A stretch of 64,000 nucleotides of DNA from assembly GCF_009914755.1 (NCBI RefSeq), contig NC_060932.1; one strand, given 5' to 3'. This DNA is from the human T2T-CHM13v2.0 reference genome, Homo sapiens. The notes under the pieces were generated by a model. The model was not told where the DNA came from. It worked only from the letters and a program-made list of their open reading frames with translations, and did no database searches. Of this stretch, positions 14,493 through 30,473 are shown piece by piece (the first letter of the stretch is position 1; each line of letters starts with the position of its first letter). A program made the translations under genes and the position numbers.

Positions 14493-15434
14493 ATGTCCCA
14501 AATAGGTTGAAACCCTCAAAAAAATTAATCCCCCCAAAATTAAGTTGTTATCAGCATAAAATAGGATATTATAACTATAAGATATTTTATGTAAGCCTCA
14601 TTGTAACTACAAAGGAAAAACCTGTATTAGATATGCAAAAGATTAAGAGAAAGGAATCAATCATACTACCACAAAAAGTAATCAAATCACAAAGGAAGAT
14701 GGCAGGTGAGAAAGAAGGAAAGAAAAAAACTATAAAAGTCATAAAACAATTAAAATGACAATAGCAAGTACTTACCTATCAATAATTATATTAAATGTAA
14801 ACAGATTAAATTTTCCAAACTAAAGACAGAGTGGATAATATATATAAGAAAGCAAGATCCAATGACCTGCTGCCTAAAAGAGATTCATGTTAGCTTTAAG
14901 GACACACAGGCTGAAAGGAAAGAGATGGAAAAAGAAATTCTAATGCACAAGATGACCAAAAAAGAACAAGGGTGGCCATACTTACACAGACACACACGCA
15001 GACACATTTTTTTATATATATATGTATATGTATATATTTATATATATACATATATGTCAGATAAAATGGACTTAAGTCAAAACTGTAACAAGATAGAAGA
15101 ATGCCATTATATAATGATACTACTATAAATATGCACCAAATATCAGAGCACATAAATATATAAATCAAATATTAACGTAACTGAAAGGAGAAATAAACAG
15201 CAATACAATATTAGTAAGAGACTTTAATACCCACTCTTACTAATGGCCACGTCCCCCAGAAAAAAAAAATCAATGCAGAAATATAAGACTTGAAAAACAT
15301 TATAAACCAAATGAACCTAACAGACATATACAGAACATTCCATCTAACAGCAGCGGAATACAAATTCTTCTCCAGAGCACATGGAACATTCTCCAAAATA
15401 GATCATATGTTAGGCCACAAAACAAGTCTTAACA

Positions 15435-15884
15435 AATTTAAGAAGACAGAAATTATTTCAAGTATCTTTTCCAATAACAATGGCACAAAACTAGAAACAA
15501 TAACAAGGAATTTCAGAAAATTCACAAATATGTGGAAATTAAATTGAACAACCAGTGGGTCAAAGAAGAAATCAAAAGGGAATTCAAAAAATATCTGAGA
15601 CAAACAAAAATGAAAACACAACATATCAAAACTTATGGGATACAACAAAAGCAGTTCTAATTTAAGAAGACAGAAATTATTTCAAGTATCTTTTCCAATA
15701 ACAATGGCACAAAACTAGAAATCATAACAAGGAATTTCAGAAAATTCACAAATATGTGGAAACTAAACTGAACAACCAGTGGGTCAAAGAAGAAATCAAA
15801 AGGGAATTCAAAAAATATCTGAGACAAACAAAAGTGAAAACACAACATACCAAAACTTATGGGATACAACAAAAGCAGTTCTAA
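15435..15884 (+). repeat. Tandem duplication, 2 x ~224 bp, within L1 ORF2
   Basis: aatttaagaagacagaaattatttc...gcagttctaa occurs twice, starting at 15435 and 15659; about 6 mismatches. Confidence 0.95.
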
Positions 15885-15977
15885 GAGGAAAGTTTATAAA
15901 CACCTACATTAAGAAAATAGAAAGAATTCAAATCAACAACCTAACTTTATACCTTAAAGAACTAGAAAAGAAGAACA

Positions 15978-16357
<380 letters not shown>

Positions 16358-17489
16358 TTAAAAATTGACAAACCCTTAGCTAGACAAACCAAGAAAGAAG
16401 AACTCCAACAAATAAAATTATAGTTAAAAGGAGACATTACAAATGATGCCACAGAAATAAAAAAGATCATGAGAGCCTATTATCTGTAATTAAATACCGA
16501 CAAACTGGGGTAGATAAGAGAAATGGATAAATTCCCAGAAACATATGATCTATTGAGATTGAGTCATGAAGAAATAGAAAATATAAACATATCATTCACA
16601 AGTAAGGTGATTAAATCAGTAATCAAAAAAGCTCCGAAAAAACATGCCCATGACCAAATGCTTTCACTGGTGAATTCTGCTAAACATTTAAAGAAGGTTA
16701 ATATCAATCCTGCTCAAACCAAAAAATTGAAGAGGAAAGAATAATTCAAACTCATTGTGCAAGGCCAGCATTACTCTAATACCAAAGCCAGATAAGGACA
16801 TTACAAGAAAAGAAAATTACAGGCCAATATATCTGATAAACATAGATGCACAAGTCCTTAACAAAATTTTAGCAAACCAAATTTAACAGCACATTAAAAG
16901 GAACATACACCACAAACAAGTGGAATTTATACCTGGAATGAAAGGATAGTTCAACATTTGCAAATCAATAAATATAATACACCATATTAACATAATCGAG
17001 GACAAAAACCATATGTTCATCTCAGTAGATGCAGAAAAAGCATTTGATGAAATTCATCATCCTTTCATGATAAAACTCTCAGCAAATTAGATATAGAAGA
17101 AATGTACCTTAACATAATGAAGGCTATACATGGTCATAATAAAGTCCACAGCTAACATTATGCTCAATGTTGAAAAGCTGAAAGCTTTTCCTTTAAAATA
17201 AGGAACAAAACAAGAATGTCCACCCTCACCACTCTATTCAGTATGGCACTGGAAATGCTTGCCAGTGAAATTAGGGAAAAATAAATTAATAAAAGGAGCC
17301 TAATAGGAAAGAAAGAAGTAAAATTGCCTGTTTACAGATGACACTATCTTATACATCGAAAATCCTAAAAACTTCATTTAAAAAATGTTAGAATTAATAA
17401 ATAAATGCAGTCAAGTTGCTGGATACAAAATCAACATTAAAAATCAGTTGTATTTCTATAAATTAACAATGAACTATCTTTAAAACTCA

Positions 17490-17955
<466 letters not shown>

Positions 17956-20098
17956 TTAATATTATTAAAATGTCATACTACTCAAAGCAATTTACAGATT
18001 CAATGCAATTCTTATCAAAATACCAATGACAATCTTCACAGAAATAGAAAAAATAATCTTAAAACTCTTATGGAAAGACCCAGAATAGCTAAAGCAATCT
18101 CAAGAAAGAACAAAGCTAGACACCCTATACTTCCTGATTTCAAAGTATATTACAAAGCTATAGAAGTTAAAACTTATGGCACTTGCATAAAAACAGACAT
18201 ATAAACTAGTGGAATCAAGTAGAGGGCCAAGAAATAAACTCATATGTGTATGATCAACTAATATCTGACAAGCGTGACAAGAATAGACAGTGAGATAAAG
18301 GATAGTGTCTTCAAAAAATGGTGTTGAGAATACTGGATACTCACATGCAAAAGACTGAAACTAGGTCCTTACTTTATACACAAAGATCAACTCAAAGTAG
18401 ATTAGAAACCTGAATATAAGACCTGGAACCTTAAAACATTTTTAGAAGAAAATACAGGGGGAAAGTTCCTCAAGATTGGTTATGGCGACAATTTGTTTGA
18501 TATGACACCAAAAGCAACAGCAGCAAAAAAAAAAAAAAGAAAAGAAAAGAAAAAATAAGTGTTACTCTAGCAAACTAAAAAGTTTCTGAACAGCAAAGGA
18601 AACAATCAACAGAGTGAAAATGCAACCTACAGAATGGTCAAAAATATTTGAAAACCATATGCCTGATAAAGGGTTAATATCTAAAATATATAAGGAACTC
18701 ATACGGCTAAATTGCAAAATCAAAAGCAAAAACAAAAATCTTGATTTAAAAAATGGGCAAAGGACCTAAATAGATATTTTCTCCAAAAAAAGACATAGAA
18801 ATAAGCTAACAGGCACATGAAATTGTGCTCAAAATTACTTATCAGGGACATACAAATCAAAACCACAATGAGACATAATTTCGCATCTGTTTGGATGGCT
18901 TTTAACAAAAAGATCAGTGTTGGCAAAGATGTGAATTAAAGGAAATCCTTGTATGCTATTAGTGGGAATGTAATTGATATAGCCATATGGAAAACAGTAT
19001 GTTGGTTCTTCAAAAAACTAAAACTAGAACTACCATATGATCCAGCAATCTCATTTCTAGGTATACAGCCAATGAAAATTAATCAGTAGCTCAAAGACAT
19101 GTCTGCACTTCCATGTTCATTGCAGCATTATTCACAGAAACCAAGACACCAAAACAACCTAAGTGCCTGTCAACAGATGAATGGAAAAAGAAATTGTGGT
19201 ATGTGTATACGACGGAATATTATTCAGCCATAAAAAAGAAAGAAACCCTGTATTTGCAACAACATGGATAAACCTTGATGGCATTATGCTAAATAAAAGT
19301 CAAACAGAGAAATACAAATACTGTATAATCTCACATATATGTGGAACCTAAAAAAGTCAAACTTATAGAAACAAAATAAAATGGTGGTTAGCAGGGGTTA
19401 GGAAGTCAGGGAAATGGGGCACATTGGTCAAAGGGAACACAGACTATAATTAACAATACTACATTGTGTATCTGAAATTTGCCAAGAGAGTAGATATTAA
19501 ACGTTCTCACCACAAAAAAAATGATAACTAGGTAAAGTAATAGATATGTTAACTGACTTTATTGTGGTCTTTTCACAATATATACATACATCAAATCATC
19601 ACATTGTACACCTTAAATTCACACAATTTTATTTGTCAATTATATCTCAATACAGCTGAAAAAAATAAAAATAAATCCCAAGACAGCAATGTACATGTTA
19701 TTTAAATAAACAGTTTTAAAGTCTTTGTCTCACTTAAATTAACACTTTGTTAATTTATTTTTTATTGCTTATTTTCTTACTCCCTGCCCATCCCTTGTCT
19801 CCACTAAATGTAAGCTGCTTTATGACAGGTGTTTACATCTGTCTTGTTTTCATTGTATCCCCAACATATAACAACATAGTAGTGGGTAGTTACTGCTCTA
19901 ATAAGTATTTGTTAGGTAACTAACAGCTATTACTTGAGTAAAGGGAGGTATGAATACTCAAGAAGAGTAGCAAAATCTGGGCTGTCATCATCTTGATTTT
20001 CATCCCTACAACAAGACTTGCTAGATGTATTTTTGTGTTCAAGGAAAACACCCCCTGGGATACTGATGATCCATCCCCTTCCTCTCCCATGGCCTCAC

Positions 20099-20282
20099 CT
20101 TTTTTGAAAGTCTTCCAGGTTTGGTGATGGGATGGTAACAATTTGAAACTCGAGGGAGCATCCATGGTCCACAGAGGCCTCCCCTGACACACTCACTTCT
20201 ATACCAACATTCACACCCATGTCAGCCTTATGCTTCTGGATCATAATGTCACTGAAGTGGAACGGTCCTGTCACAACAGTTT
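20099..20282 (-). CDS. GSDMC: Gasdermin C coding exon, 184 nt (ETVVTGPFHF...NLEDFQKR)
   Basis: Acceptor cttttctttccccag|AA and donor AAAG|gtgagg. Phase 1 start joins the previous exon in frame; peptide visible in ORF 20095..20325(-). Confidence 0.97.
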
Positions 20283-20712
20283 CTGGGGAAAGAAAAGACG
20301 ACCATAGGTTTAGCCAAGAATTCATTCAAGAATTCAAAGGTTTAGCCAAGAACAGCTGGTGTGCAAAATGAAATAACAAAGACCTATTTTGCCCCAATCC
20401 TCCCACTCACTTAAACTCTGTTGAAAACTAATCCATTAATGTTTGAATGTAAATTACTACAGATGGAAAATATTCAAATATTTAAATGGGCATTGTGTGA
20501 CAGAGATAAAATCTGCACCCTGAGAAATAGTGGTGTCAAATGTACAGTGTCCAGAAGACCCCTGGGATCATCCTTTCAGGCACACTGTCTCCTCTGCAGC
20601 AGGCACAGCACCCAGCAGCAGAGGGCAGCACACAGGGGCAGAAAATGTTTGGGATGTGGAGCCAGACAGACCTGGGTTTGGATCCCAGTTCTACTAGTTC
20701 CCAGGGACATAA

Positions 20713-21065
<353 letters not shown>

Positions 21066-21363
21066 CCCAGGTACATAACTTTGAACAGATAATTTTATAA
21101 CCTTCTATTTACTCTTATGTAAAATGGGGATAATATCCTCACCTCATGAGCCTGATACAAATATTAAATGACCTAATGAATGCCTACATCCAGATAATTG
21201 GTAGGATTCTCAATTTGTCTTCGTTTCTTGCCCCTTGCCTATAGGCAAGGCTAATCCTGAGAGCTCCTTTCTGTGTGCTCAGTTATCTTTGGATGGTGGG
21301 CCATCTTTTTCTGACCACACATGTTTTTCACCCCTCACCTCCTTGGCCTCTGGCTGACAATAC

Positions 21364-21583
21364 CTAGGACTGAAGAACTTGGCTCCAGGATGTCATTGAG
21401 GGAGAATTCAACTGGAACATAGTCAGATTGTTCCCAAAATGATGAACGAGAATCCTTCTTCTTTCGTAATATAACAAACTGACGTAATTTGGTGGCACTC
21501 AATAGGTATTTGACAGGTGTCAGGTCTTTGCTTCCAATCTCTTTGACCAAATTTTTGCTAATGCGTTCCAACATGGAGGGCAT
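21364..21583 (-). CDS. GSDMC: Gasdermin C, first coding exon (codons 1-73 +1 nt); exon starts at 21587 with 4 nt of 5'UTR
   Basis: Translation MPSMLERISKNLVKEIGSKDLTPVKYLLSATKLRQFVILRKKKDSRSSFWEQSDYVPVEFSLNDILEPSSSVL matches the gasdermin C N-terminus as I recall it. Acceptor ctcctttcatctcctcctag|CAACATG; donor CTAG|gtattg. Confidence 0.97.
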
Positions 21584-21747
21584 GTTGCTAGGAGGAGATG
21601 AAAGGAGAGCATCAGTTGGGAGAGGAAGAAAATGGTTAAACTCTCACCAATTATTGATATTTCCCCTAAAGGAAAAGATCTACATATGAGATTAGCAGGT
21701 CTTTACTTAAAATAGTGACTAGATTATAACTTTCTCAACTTTGAGTT

Positions 21748-21880
21748 CATTTTTTTGTTGTTTTTGAGACAGGGTCTTGCCATGTTGCCCAGACTGGTCT
21801 TGAACTCTTGGGCTCAAGTGATTCTCCACCTCAGCCTACCTAGCATCTGGGATTATAGGCACACACCATCACACCTGGCT
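21748..21880 (-). mobile_element. Alu monomer (FLAM-like)
   Basis: Single Alu arm, reverse complement. Confidence 0.8.
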
Positions 21881-22362
21881 TCCAACTTTGGAATTCTTAA
21901 GACAATTTGGGCTTCTGACAGGCACTGCTGTAAAATTCATTGCCCCTTATTGTTGGAGTAGGAAAGCCTGGGTATCTCCTCACCTCTAACCCAGGGATAC
22001 TGTAAATAACAGGAAGAAGGAAGGGCTCAATACTGTCATCAACTAAAGGGCCAGAGGGAAGGCGGGGCTTATGTTAAGATGATATGAGTAGTGGTAGAGA
22101 ACATGTTGGTGTTTGCAGTTTTACAGTGAAAGCCACACTGAGAAGTGACATTTGAACAATAATGTAGAGGAGGCAGGGCATAAACAATGAACATTATGTG
22201 GAGAAAAGAATTCCAGGTACAGAAATCAGCAAGTGCAAAGATTTGGAAGCAATGGATGCCTGGAATATGTGAGGTGGAAAGGAAAGAAGATGAGGTCAGA
22301 AGAAAGTGAGGGCAAGTTGGTGAAGGCCCAAGATTGCAGTGTTGGATGCATATATGTCTTCT

Positions 22363-23650
22363 TCATTCAATAAATGGTGCTGGGATACCTGGCTAGCCAT
22401 AAGCAGAAGAGTGAAAATGGACCATTTCCTTACACCATATTCAAAAATCAACTCAAGACGAATAAAAGACTGAAATGTAAAACCCGAAACTATAAAAATA
22501 AAACACTAGAAGACAATCTAGGCAATACCATTCTGGACATAGGAACTGGCAAAGATTTCATGATGATGCCAAAAGCAATTGCAATAAAAGCAAAAATTGA
22601 TAAATGAGATCTAATTAAACTTAAGAGCTTCTGCACAGCAAAAGAAGCTATGAACAGAGTGAACAGGTAACCTACAGAATGGGAGAAAATTTTTGCAAAC
22701 TACGAATCTGACAAAGGTCTAATATCCAGCATCTATAAGGAACTTGAGCCAATTTACAAGAAAAAAAAAAACATTAAGAAGTGGGCAAACGACATGAAGA
22801 GGCAGCTTTCAAAAGAAGACATACATGTGGCCAACAATCGTATTAAAAAAAAAGCTCAACATCACTGATCATTAGAGAAACACAAATCAAAACCACAATG
22901 AGATATCATCTCACACAAGTCTGAATAGCTATTATTAAAAAGTCAAAAAATAACAGATGCTGGCAAGGTTGTGGAGAAAAAGGAATGCTTATACACTGTT
23001 GATGGGAATGTAAATTAGTTCAACCACTGTGAAAAACAGTTTGGTGATTCCTCAAAGTCCTAAAGACAGAAATACCATCTGACCCAGCAAGCTCATTACT
23101 GGGTATATACCCAAAGGAACAGATATCATTTTATAATAAAGACACATGCATGCATATGTTCATTGCAGCACTATTCACAATAGCAAAGACATGGAATAAA
23201 CCTAAATGCCCATCAACTATGGACTAGATAAAGAAAACGCGGTACATATACCTCATGGAATACTATGTAGCCAAAAAAAGAACAAGATCAAGAACAGCTC
23301 CCAATGGAGCTGGCAGCCATTACACTTAGTAAACTAACACAGAAATAGAAAACCAAATACCACATGTTTTCACTTATAAGTGGGAGCTAAATGATGAGAA
23401 CACATAGACTCATGGAGGGGACCAACACACACTGGGGCCTACTGGAAGGTAGAGCATGGAGGGTGGGAGGAGGGAGATGATCAGGAAAAATAACGAATGG
23501 TTACTAGGCTTAATAACTGGGTGATAAAATAATTTATGCAACAAACTCCCATGGCACAAGTTTACCTACATAACAAACCTACACATGTACCCCTGAACTT
23601 AAAATAAAAGTATAAAAAAGAAAATATATATATAATTAAAAAAAAGAAAG
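22363..23650 (+). mobile_element. 5'-truncated L1PA (older primate, ~PA13-16)
   Basis: ORF2 C-terminus and 3'UTR ending acacatgtacccctgaacttaaaataaaag-A-rich. Confidence 0.88.
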
Positions 23651-25456
23651 AAAATGTAAGTCACCAGTCCAGGAAGCCTATAAGGAAAATTATTTTTAAA
23701 TTCTGTAATAAAATGTAATTTTGAATTTAAAAACAGACGATTCAGGAAAACATCACCTTACCAAATGGACTAAGTAAGGCACCAGGGACCAATCCCAGAG
23801 AGACAGAAATATGTAATCATTCAAACAAAGAATTCAAAATAGCTGTTTTGAGGACACTCAAAGGAATTCAAGATAACACATAAAAGGAACTCAGAATTCT
23901 ATCAGATAAATTTTTTAAGGAAATTGAAATAATTAAAAAGAAGCAGAAATTCTGGAGTTGAAAAATACATTGACCTACAGAAGAATGCATCAGCATCTCT
24001 TAATAACAGAATTGATCAAACAGAAGGAAGAATCAGTGATCTTGAAAGCAGGCTATTTGAAAATATACAGTCAAAGGAGACAAAAGAAAAAAGAATGAAG
24101 CATGCTACAAGATGTAGAAAATAGCCTCAAAAGGGCAATAGAAAATAGCCTCAAAAGGGCAAATCTAGGAGTTACTGGCCTTAAAGAGAAGATTGAGAAA
24201 CAGATAGGTGTAGAAAGTTTATGCAAAGGGAGAACTTCCCAAAGCTAGAGTAAGATACCAATATTCAAGTACAAGGTACAAGAAGATAATAGAACACCCA
24301 GCAGATTTAAGCCAAAGAAGACTACCTCAGGCATTTGATAATCAAACTCCCAAATATCAAGTATAAAGTAAGAATCCTAAAGTGGCAAAAGAAAAGAAAA
24401 AATAACAAACAATAAAATTCCAATACGTCTAGTAGCAGACTTTTCACTGGAAACCTTACAGGCCAAGAGACAGTGGCATGACATATTTAATGTGCTGAAG
24501 GGAAAAAAACTTTTACCCTAGAATAATATATCTGGCAAAAAAAATATGCTTCAAGGATGAAGGAGAAATAAAGACCTTCCCAAACAAAAACTGAGAGATT
24601 TCATCAACACCAAACCTGTCTTACGAGAAATACTAAAGGGAGTTGTTCTATCTGAAAGAAAATGATGTTAATGAGCAAGAAGAAATCATCTGAAGGTACA
24701 AAACTCAATGGTAGTAGGAAGCACACAGAAAAACACAGAATATTATAACACTGTAATTGTGGTGTGTAAACTACTCTTACCTTAAGTAGAAAGGCCAAAC
24801 GATAAACCAATCAAAAGCAACTACAACTTTCAAGACATAGTACCACAGGACATAAAGACAAACAACAAACAGATAAAAAGCAGAAGACAAAGTTAGAATG
24901 TAGAGTTTTTATTAGTTTTCTGTTTGTGTTTGTTTGTTTATGCAATCACTGTTGTCATCTATTTAAAATAATGAGTTTTAAGATAGCATTTGCAAGCCTC
25001 ATAGTAATTTCAAATCTAAAAACATACAATGAATAAGCAAAAAATGAAAAGCAAGAAATTGAAATATACCATCAGTGAAGATTACCTTCACTAAAAGGAA
25101 GAAGAAAAAGAAGAAACAGAAGATCACAAAACAACCAGAAAACAAAAAATAAAATACCAAAAGTACTCACTTATTAGTAATAACATTAAATGTAAATGAA
25201 CTAAACTGTCCAATCTAAAGACATAGAGTGGTTGAATTAATTAAAAAAACAAGACCCAATGATCTGTTACCTACAAGAAACACACTTCTCCTATAAAGAT
25301 AAACATGGAATAAAAACACAGGAATGGAAAATATATTCGTGTCAATGAAAACCAAAAAAGAGCAGGAATAGCTATACTTGTATCAGACAAAATAGATTTA
25401 GATTCAGATTAGAGCTAAAGAGATAGACCCCAATGCAATAATAGCTAGAGACTTCA

Positions 25457-25760
25457 GGCGAGACGCGATGGCTCACGCCTGTAATCCCAGCATTTTTGGA
25501 GGCCGAGACGGGCAGATCACGAGGTCAGGAGATCGAGACCGTCCTGGCTAACACGGTGAAACCCTGTCTCTATTAAAAACACAAAAAAATTAGCCAGGCG
25601 TGGTGGTGGGCACCTGTAGTCCCAGTTACTCAGGAGGCTGAGGCAGGAGAATGGCGTGAACCCAGGAGGTGGAGCTTGCAGTGGGCCGAGCGGAGATCGC
25701 GCCACTGCACTCCAGCCTGGGTGACAGAGCGAGACTCCATCTCAAAAAAAAAAAAAAAAA
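25457..25760 (+). mobile_element. AluY-like with 17-bp TSD
   Basis: TSD aatagctagagacttca at 25440-25456 and 25759-25775; AluY-type gagatcgagacc and ggagaatggcgtgaacc. Confidence 0.95.
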
Positions 25761-28700
25761 TAGCTAGAGACTTCAACATCTCACTTTCAGCATTGGACAG
25801 ATCTCCCAGACAGAAAATCAACAAGGAAACTTTGGACTCAGTCTGTACTATAGAACAAATGAACCTAATAGGTATTTACAGAACATTTTATCCAATGGAT
25901 GCAGAATACACATTTTTCTCCTCATCACATGGATCATTCTCAAGCGTAGACCATATTTTAGGTCACAGAACCAGTCTTAAAACACTCAAAAAGTTGAAAT
26001 AATATAACGTATCTTCTCTGAACAAAATGGAATAAAACTATAAATCAATAACGAGAGCAATTTTAGAAATTATACAAACACATGGAAATTAAACAATATG
26101 CTCCTGAATGACCAATGGGTCAATGAAGAAATTGATGAGGAAATTGAAACATTTCTTGACACAAATGATAATGCAAACATACCAAAACCCATGGGATACA
26201 GCAAAAGCAGTACAAAGAGGGAAATTTATAGCTATAAGTGTCTACATCAAAACAGAAGAAAAACTTCAAATAAATAACCTAATGATGCATTTTAAAGAAC
26301 TAGAAAACCAAGAGCAGCCCAAACCCAAAATTAGTAGAAAATAATAAACAATAATGATCAGAGCAGAAATAAATGAAGTTAAAATTAAGAAAACAATACA
26401 AAAGATGAATGAAATGAAAGTTGCTTTGTTGAAAAGATAAACAAAATAGACAAATCTTTAGCCAGACTAAGAAAAAAGAGAGAAGGCCCAAATAAATAAA
26501 ATCACAGATGAAAAAGAAAACATTACAACTGATATTGCAGGAATTCAAAGGATTATTGGCAGCTACTATGAGCAACTATACACCAATAAATTGGAAAATC
26601 TAGAGGAAATGGATAAATTCCCAGAAACATACAACCTACCAAGATTGAACCTTGAAGAAATCCAAAACCTGTACAGATCAATAACAAGTAATGAGATCAA
26701 GGCTGTAATAAAAAGTCTCCCAGTAAATAAAAGCCTGGGACCCAGTGAATTCAATGCTGAATTCTACCAAACATTTAAAGAAGAACTAATACCAATCCTA
26801 TTCAAACTATGTTTAAAAATAGACAAAGAGGGGATACTTCCAAACTCATTCTATGAGGCCAATATTACCCTAATAAAAAACAAGACAAAGAAACTTAAAA
26901 AAAAAAAACTACAAGCCAATATTTCTGATGAATATTGATGGAAACATCCTCGACAAAATACTAGGAAACCAAATTCAACAATACATTAAAAATATCATTT
27001 ATCATGACCAAGTGGGATTTATCCCAGGGATGCAAGGATGGTACAACACGCACAAATCAATCAATGTGATACATTATAGCAAGAAAATGAAAGACAAAAA
27101 CCACGTGATCATTTCCATTAATGCTGAAAAAGCACTTGATAAAACTCAATATCCCTTGATGATAAAACCCCTCAAAAAACTGGGTATAGAAGGAAGATAA
27201 CTCAACATAATAAAAAGCCATATATTACAGACTCACTCAATGGGGGAAAAGAGAAAAACATAAAGGGCATCCAAATTGGAAAGGAAGAAGTCAAATTGTC
27301 CTTGTTTGTGGATGATGTGGTCTTATATATGGAACAAACTGAAGATTCCAACAACAAAAAACTATTAGAAGTTATAAATTTATTAAAGTTGCAGGATACA
27401 AAATCAACATCCAAAAATCAGTAGCACTTCTATATGCCAACAGAGAAGAATCTGAAAAAGAAATCAAGAAAGTAATTCCATTTACAAGAGCTACAAATAA
27501 AATTAAATTCTTAGGAATTAATTTAACTGAAGAAGTAAAAAATCTCTTCAATGAAAACTATAAAACATTGATGAAAGAAACTGAAGAGGACACAAAAAAT
27601 GGAAAGATATTCCATGTTCATAGATTGGAAGAATCAATATTGTTAAAATGTCCATACTATCCAAAGCAATCTTCAGATTCTATGCAAATTATATCAAAAT
27701 ATCAATGACATTCTTCACAGAAAGAGAAAAAACAATCCTAAAATTTATATGGAAACACAAAAGACCCAGAATAACAAAATCTATCCTGAGCAAAAAGAGC
27801 AAAACTCAAGGAATCATATTATCTGACATCAAATTATACTACAGAGCTACAGTAACCAAAACAGCATGGTACTGGCATTAAAACAGACACACAGACCAAA
27901 GAAAAAAAATCGAGAACCCAGAAACAAATCCATATACCTACAGTGAGCTCATTTTTTACCAAGGTGCCAAGAACATACATTAGAGAAAGGACAGTCTCTT
28001 CAATAAATGGTGCTGGGAAACCTGGATATTCATATGCAGGAGACTGAAACTAGACCACTCTCTCTCATCATGTACAAAAATAAAATCAAAATAGATTATA
28101 GACTTCAATGTAAAGCCTCAAACTGTGAAACTACTACAGGAAAACACTGGGGAAACTCTCCAGGACATTGGTCTAGGCAAAAATTTCTTAAGTAATACAC
28201 CACCAGCACAGGCAACCAAAGCAAAAATAGACAAATTGGATCTCATCAAGTTACAAAGCTTCCCTCCAGCAAAGGAAAAGATCAACAACAGAAAAAGAGA
28301 ACCCACAGAATGGGAGAAAATATTTGCAAACTTCCCATCTGATAAGGGAATAATAACCAGAAAATATAAGGAGCCCACACAACTCTATAGGAAAAAAATC
28401 TAATAATCAGATTAAAATATGGGCAAAAGAGTTGAATAAACATTTCTCAGAGGAATACATACAAATGAAAAAAAGGCATATGAAAAGGTCCTCAACATTA
28501 TTAGTTATCAGAAAAATGTAAATCAAAACTACAATGAGATATCATCTCACCCCTGTTAAAATGGCTTATATCTAAAAGACAAGTAATAAAAAATGCTGGA
28601 GAGAAGGTAGAGAAAAGGGAAACTTGTACCCTGTTTGTGGGAATGTAAATTAGTACAGCCACTATGGAGAACAGTTTGGACCTTCCTCAAAAAGCTAAAA

Positions 28701-28900
28701 ATAGAGCTGCCATACAACCCAGCAACCTCTCTGCTGGGTGTACACCCAAAAGAAAGAAAACCAGTATATTGAAGAGATATCTTCACTCCCATGTTTGTTG
28801 CAGCACTGTTCACAATAGCCAAGATTGGGAAGCAATGCAAGTGTCCATCAACAAATGAACAGGTAAACAAAATGTGGTACATATACATAACAGAGTACTA

Positions 28901-29215
<315 letters not shown>

Positions 29216-30047
29216 TGAGATCCTGTCATTCGCAACAACATAGAGGGGACTAGAGGTCATTAAGTGAAATAAGCCAGGCACAGAAAGACAAACTTTACAA
29301 TGTTCTCACTTATTTATGAAAGCTAAAAATTAAGACAATTGAAGTTATGGAGATAGAGTAAAATGATGGTTACCAGAGGCTGGGAAAGATATTAGGGGGT
29401 GGGAGGGAGGTGGGGATGGTAAATGAGCACAAAAAAAATAGTTAGACTGAATAAGATCTAGTATTTCTGAATAAGATCTAGTATTTGATAGCACAACAGG
29501 GTGACTATAGTCAATAATTGTACAGTTAGAAATAACTAAAACAGTATAATTGTATTGTTACAATTAAGAGTATAATTGTATTGTTACAATTATAACAAAT
29601 AGGAATAGGACTTCCTAACTACATGGAATTCAGTTTTTGAACTTTCTAAATATGTTCAATAATGAAGAGAGACAGAATTTTCAACAGTTCATGTAAAATT
29701 CCTGATGTGACCATTTCAATTCTCTGATATGGGCCATGTAAGAGGTCACTGGACAAGCAGAGAATAATGAGAATATAAGATGCTTCTTTAAGACTGGACC
29801 TGTGCAATAATGTATCGAAGATATATTCCTTAGCCTTACATGCTATCAGGAATTCTCCATTATTAAGACGAACTTAACTTCCTTTTCAGTCAAATTCTGT
29901 AGGAAAAAAAACTCTTCGACTCATTTCACAAACCCATCCAGAACATTTTTGTCGCTGATGATAGTAATCTTTTCTTTTTCATCCCCTGATCCCATTAGGA
30001 CTTACCAGATTATATATCCCTTTGTCCTGTAGAGAAATAGCAGGATT

Positions 30048-30330
30048 GGCCGGGCACGGTGGCTCACGTCTGTAATCCCAGCACTTTGGGAGGCTGAGGC
30101 CGGTGGATCACGAGGTCAGGAGTTCAAGATCAGCCAGGCCAAGATGGTGAAACCCTGTCTCTACTGAAAATACAAAAATTAGCCAGGAATGGTGGCAGGC
30201 ACCTGTAATCCCAGCTACTTGGGAGGCTGAGGCAGAGAACTGCTTGAACCCGGGAGGCAGAGGTTGCAGTGAGCTGAGACCATGCCGCTGCACTCCAGCC
30301 TGGGCAACTCCGTCTCAAAAAAAAAAAAAA
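30048..30330 (+). mobile_element. AluS, antisense within the probable GSDMC first exon
   Basis: Alu dimer with A-tail; degenerate TSD agagaaatagca. Confidence 0.92.
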
Positions 30331-30466
30331 GAGAGAAAAATAGCACAATTGAGTAGGGCCCCTTCCAATCTTCAGACCTCCTGCGGTCAAGTAGAAATTG
30401 TCAGACAAACTCCAGGACCAGATCAATGTGATTCTGTTCACTGTTCTCTTCTCACCAATGGGTCCC

Positions 30467-30473
30467 TGACTCA
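30467..30473. promoter_or_regulatory. Candidate AP-1 site TGACTCA (a second, TGAGTCA, at 31510-31516)
   Basis: Exact consensus heptamers in or near the promoter island; motif only. Confidence 0.3.
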
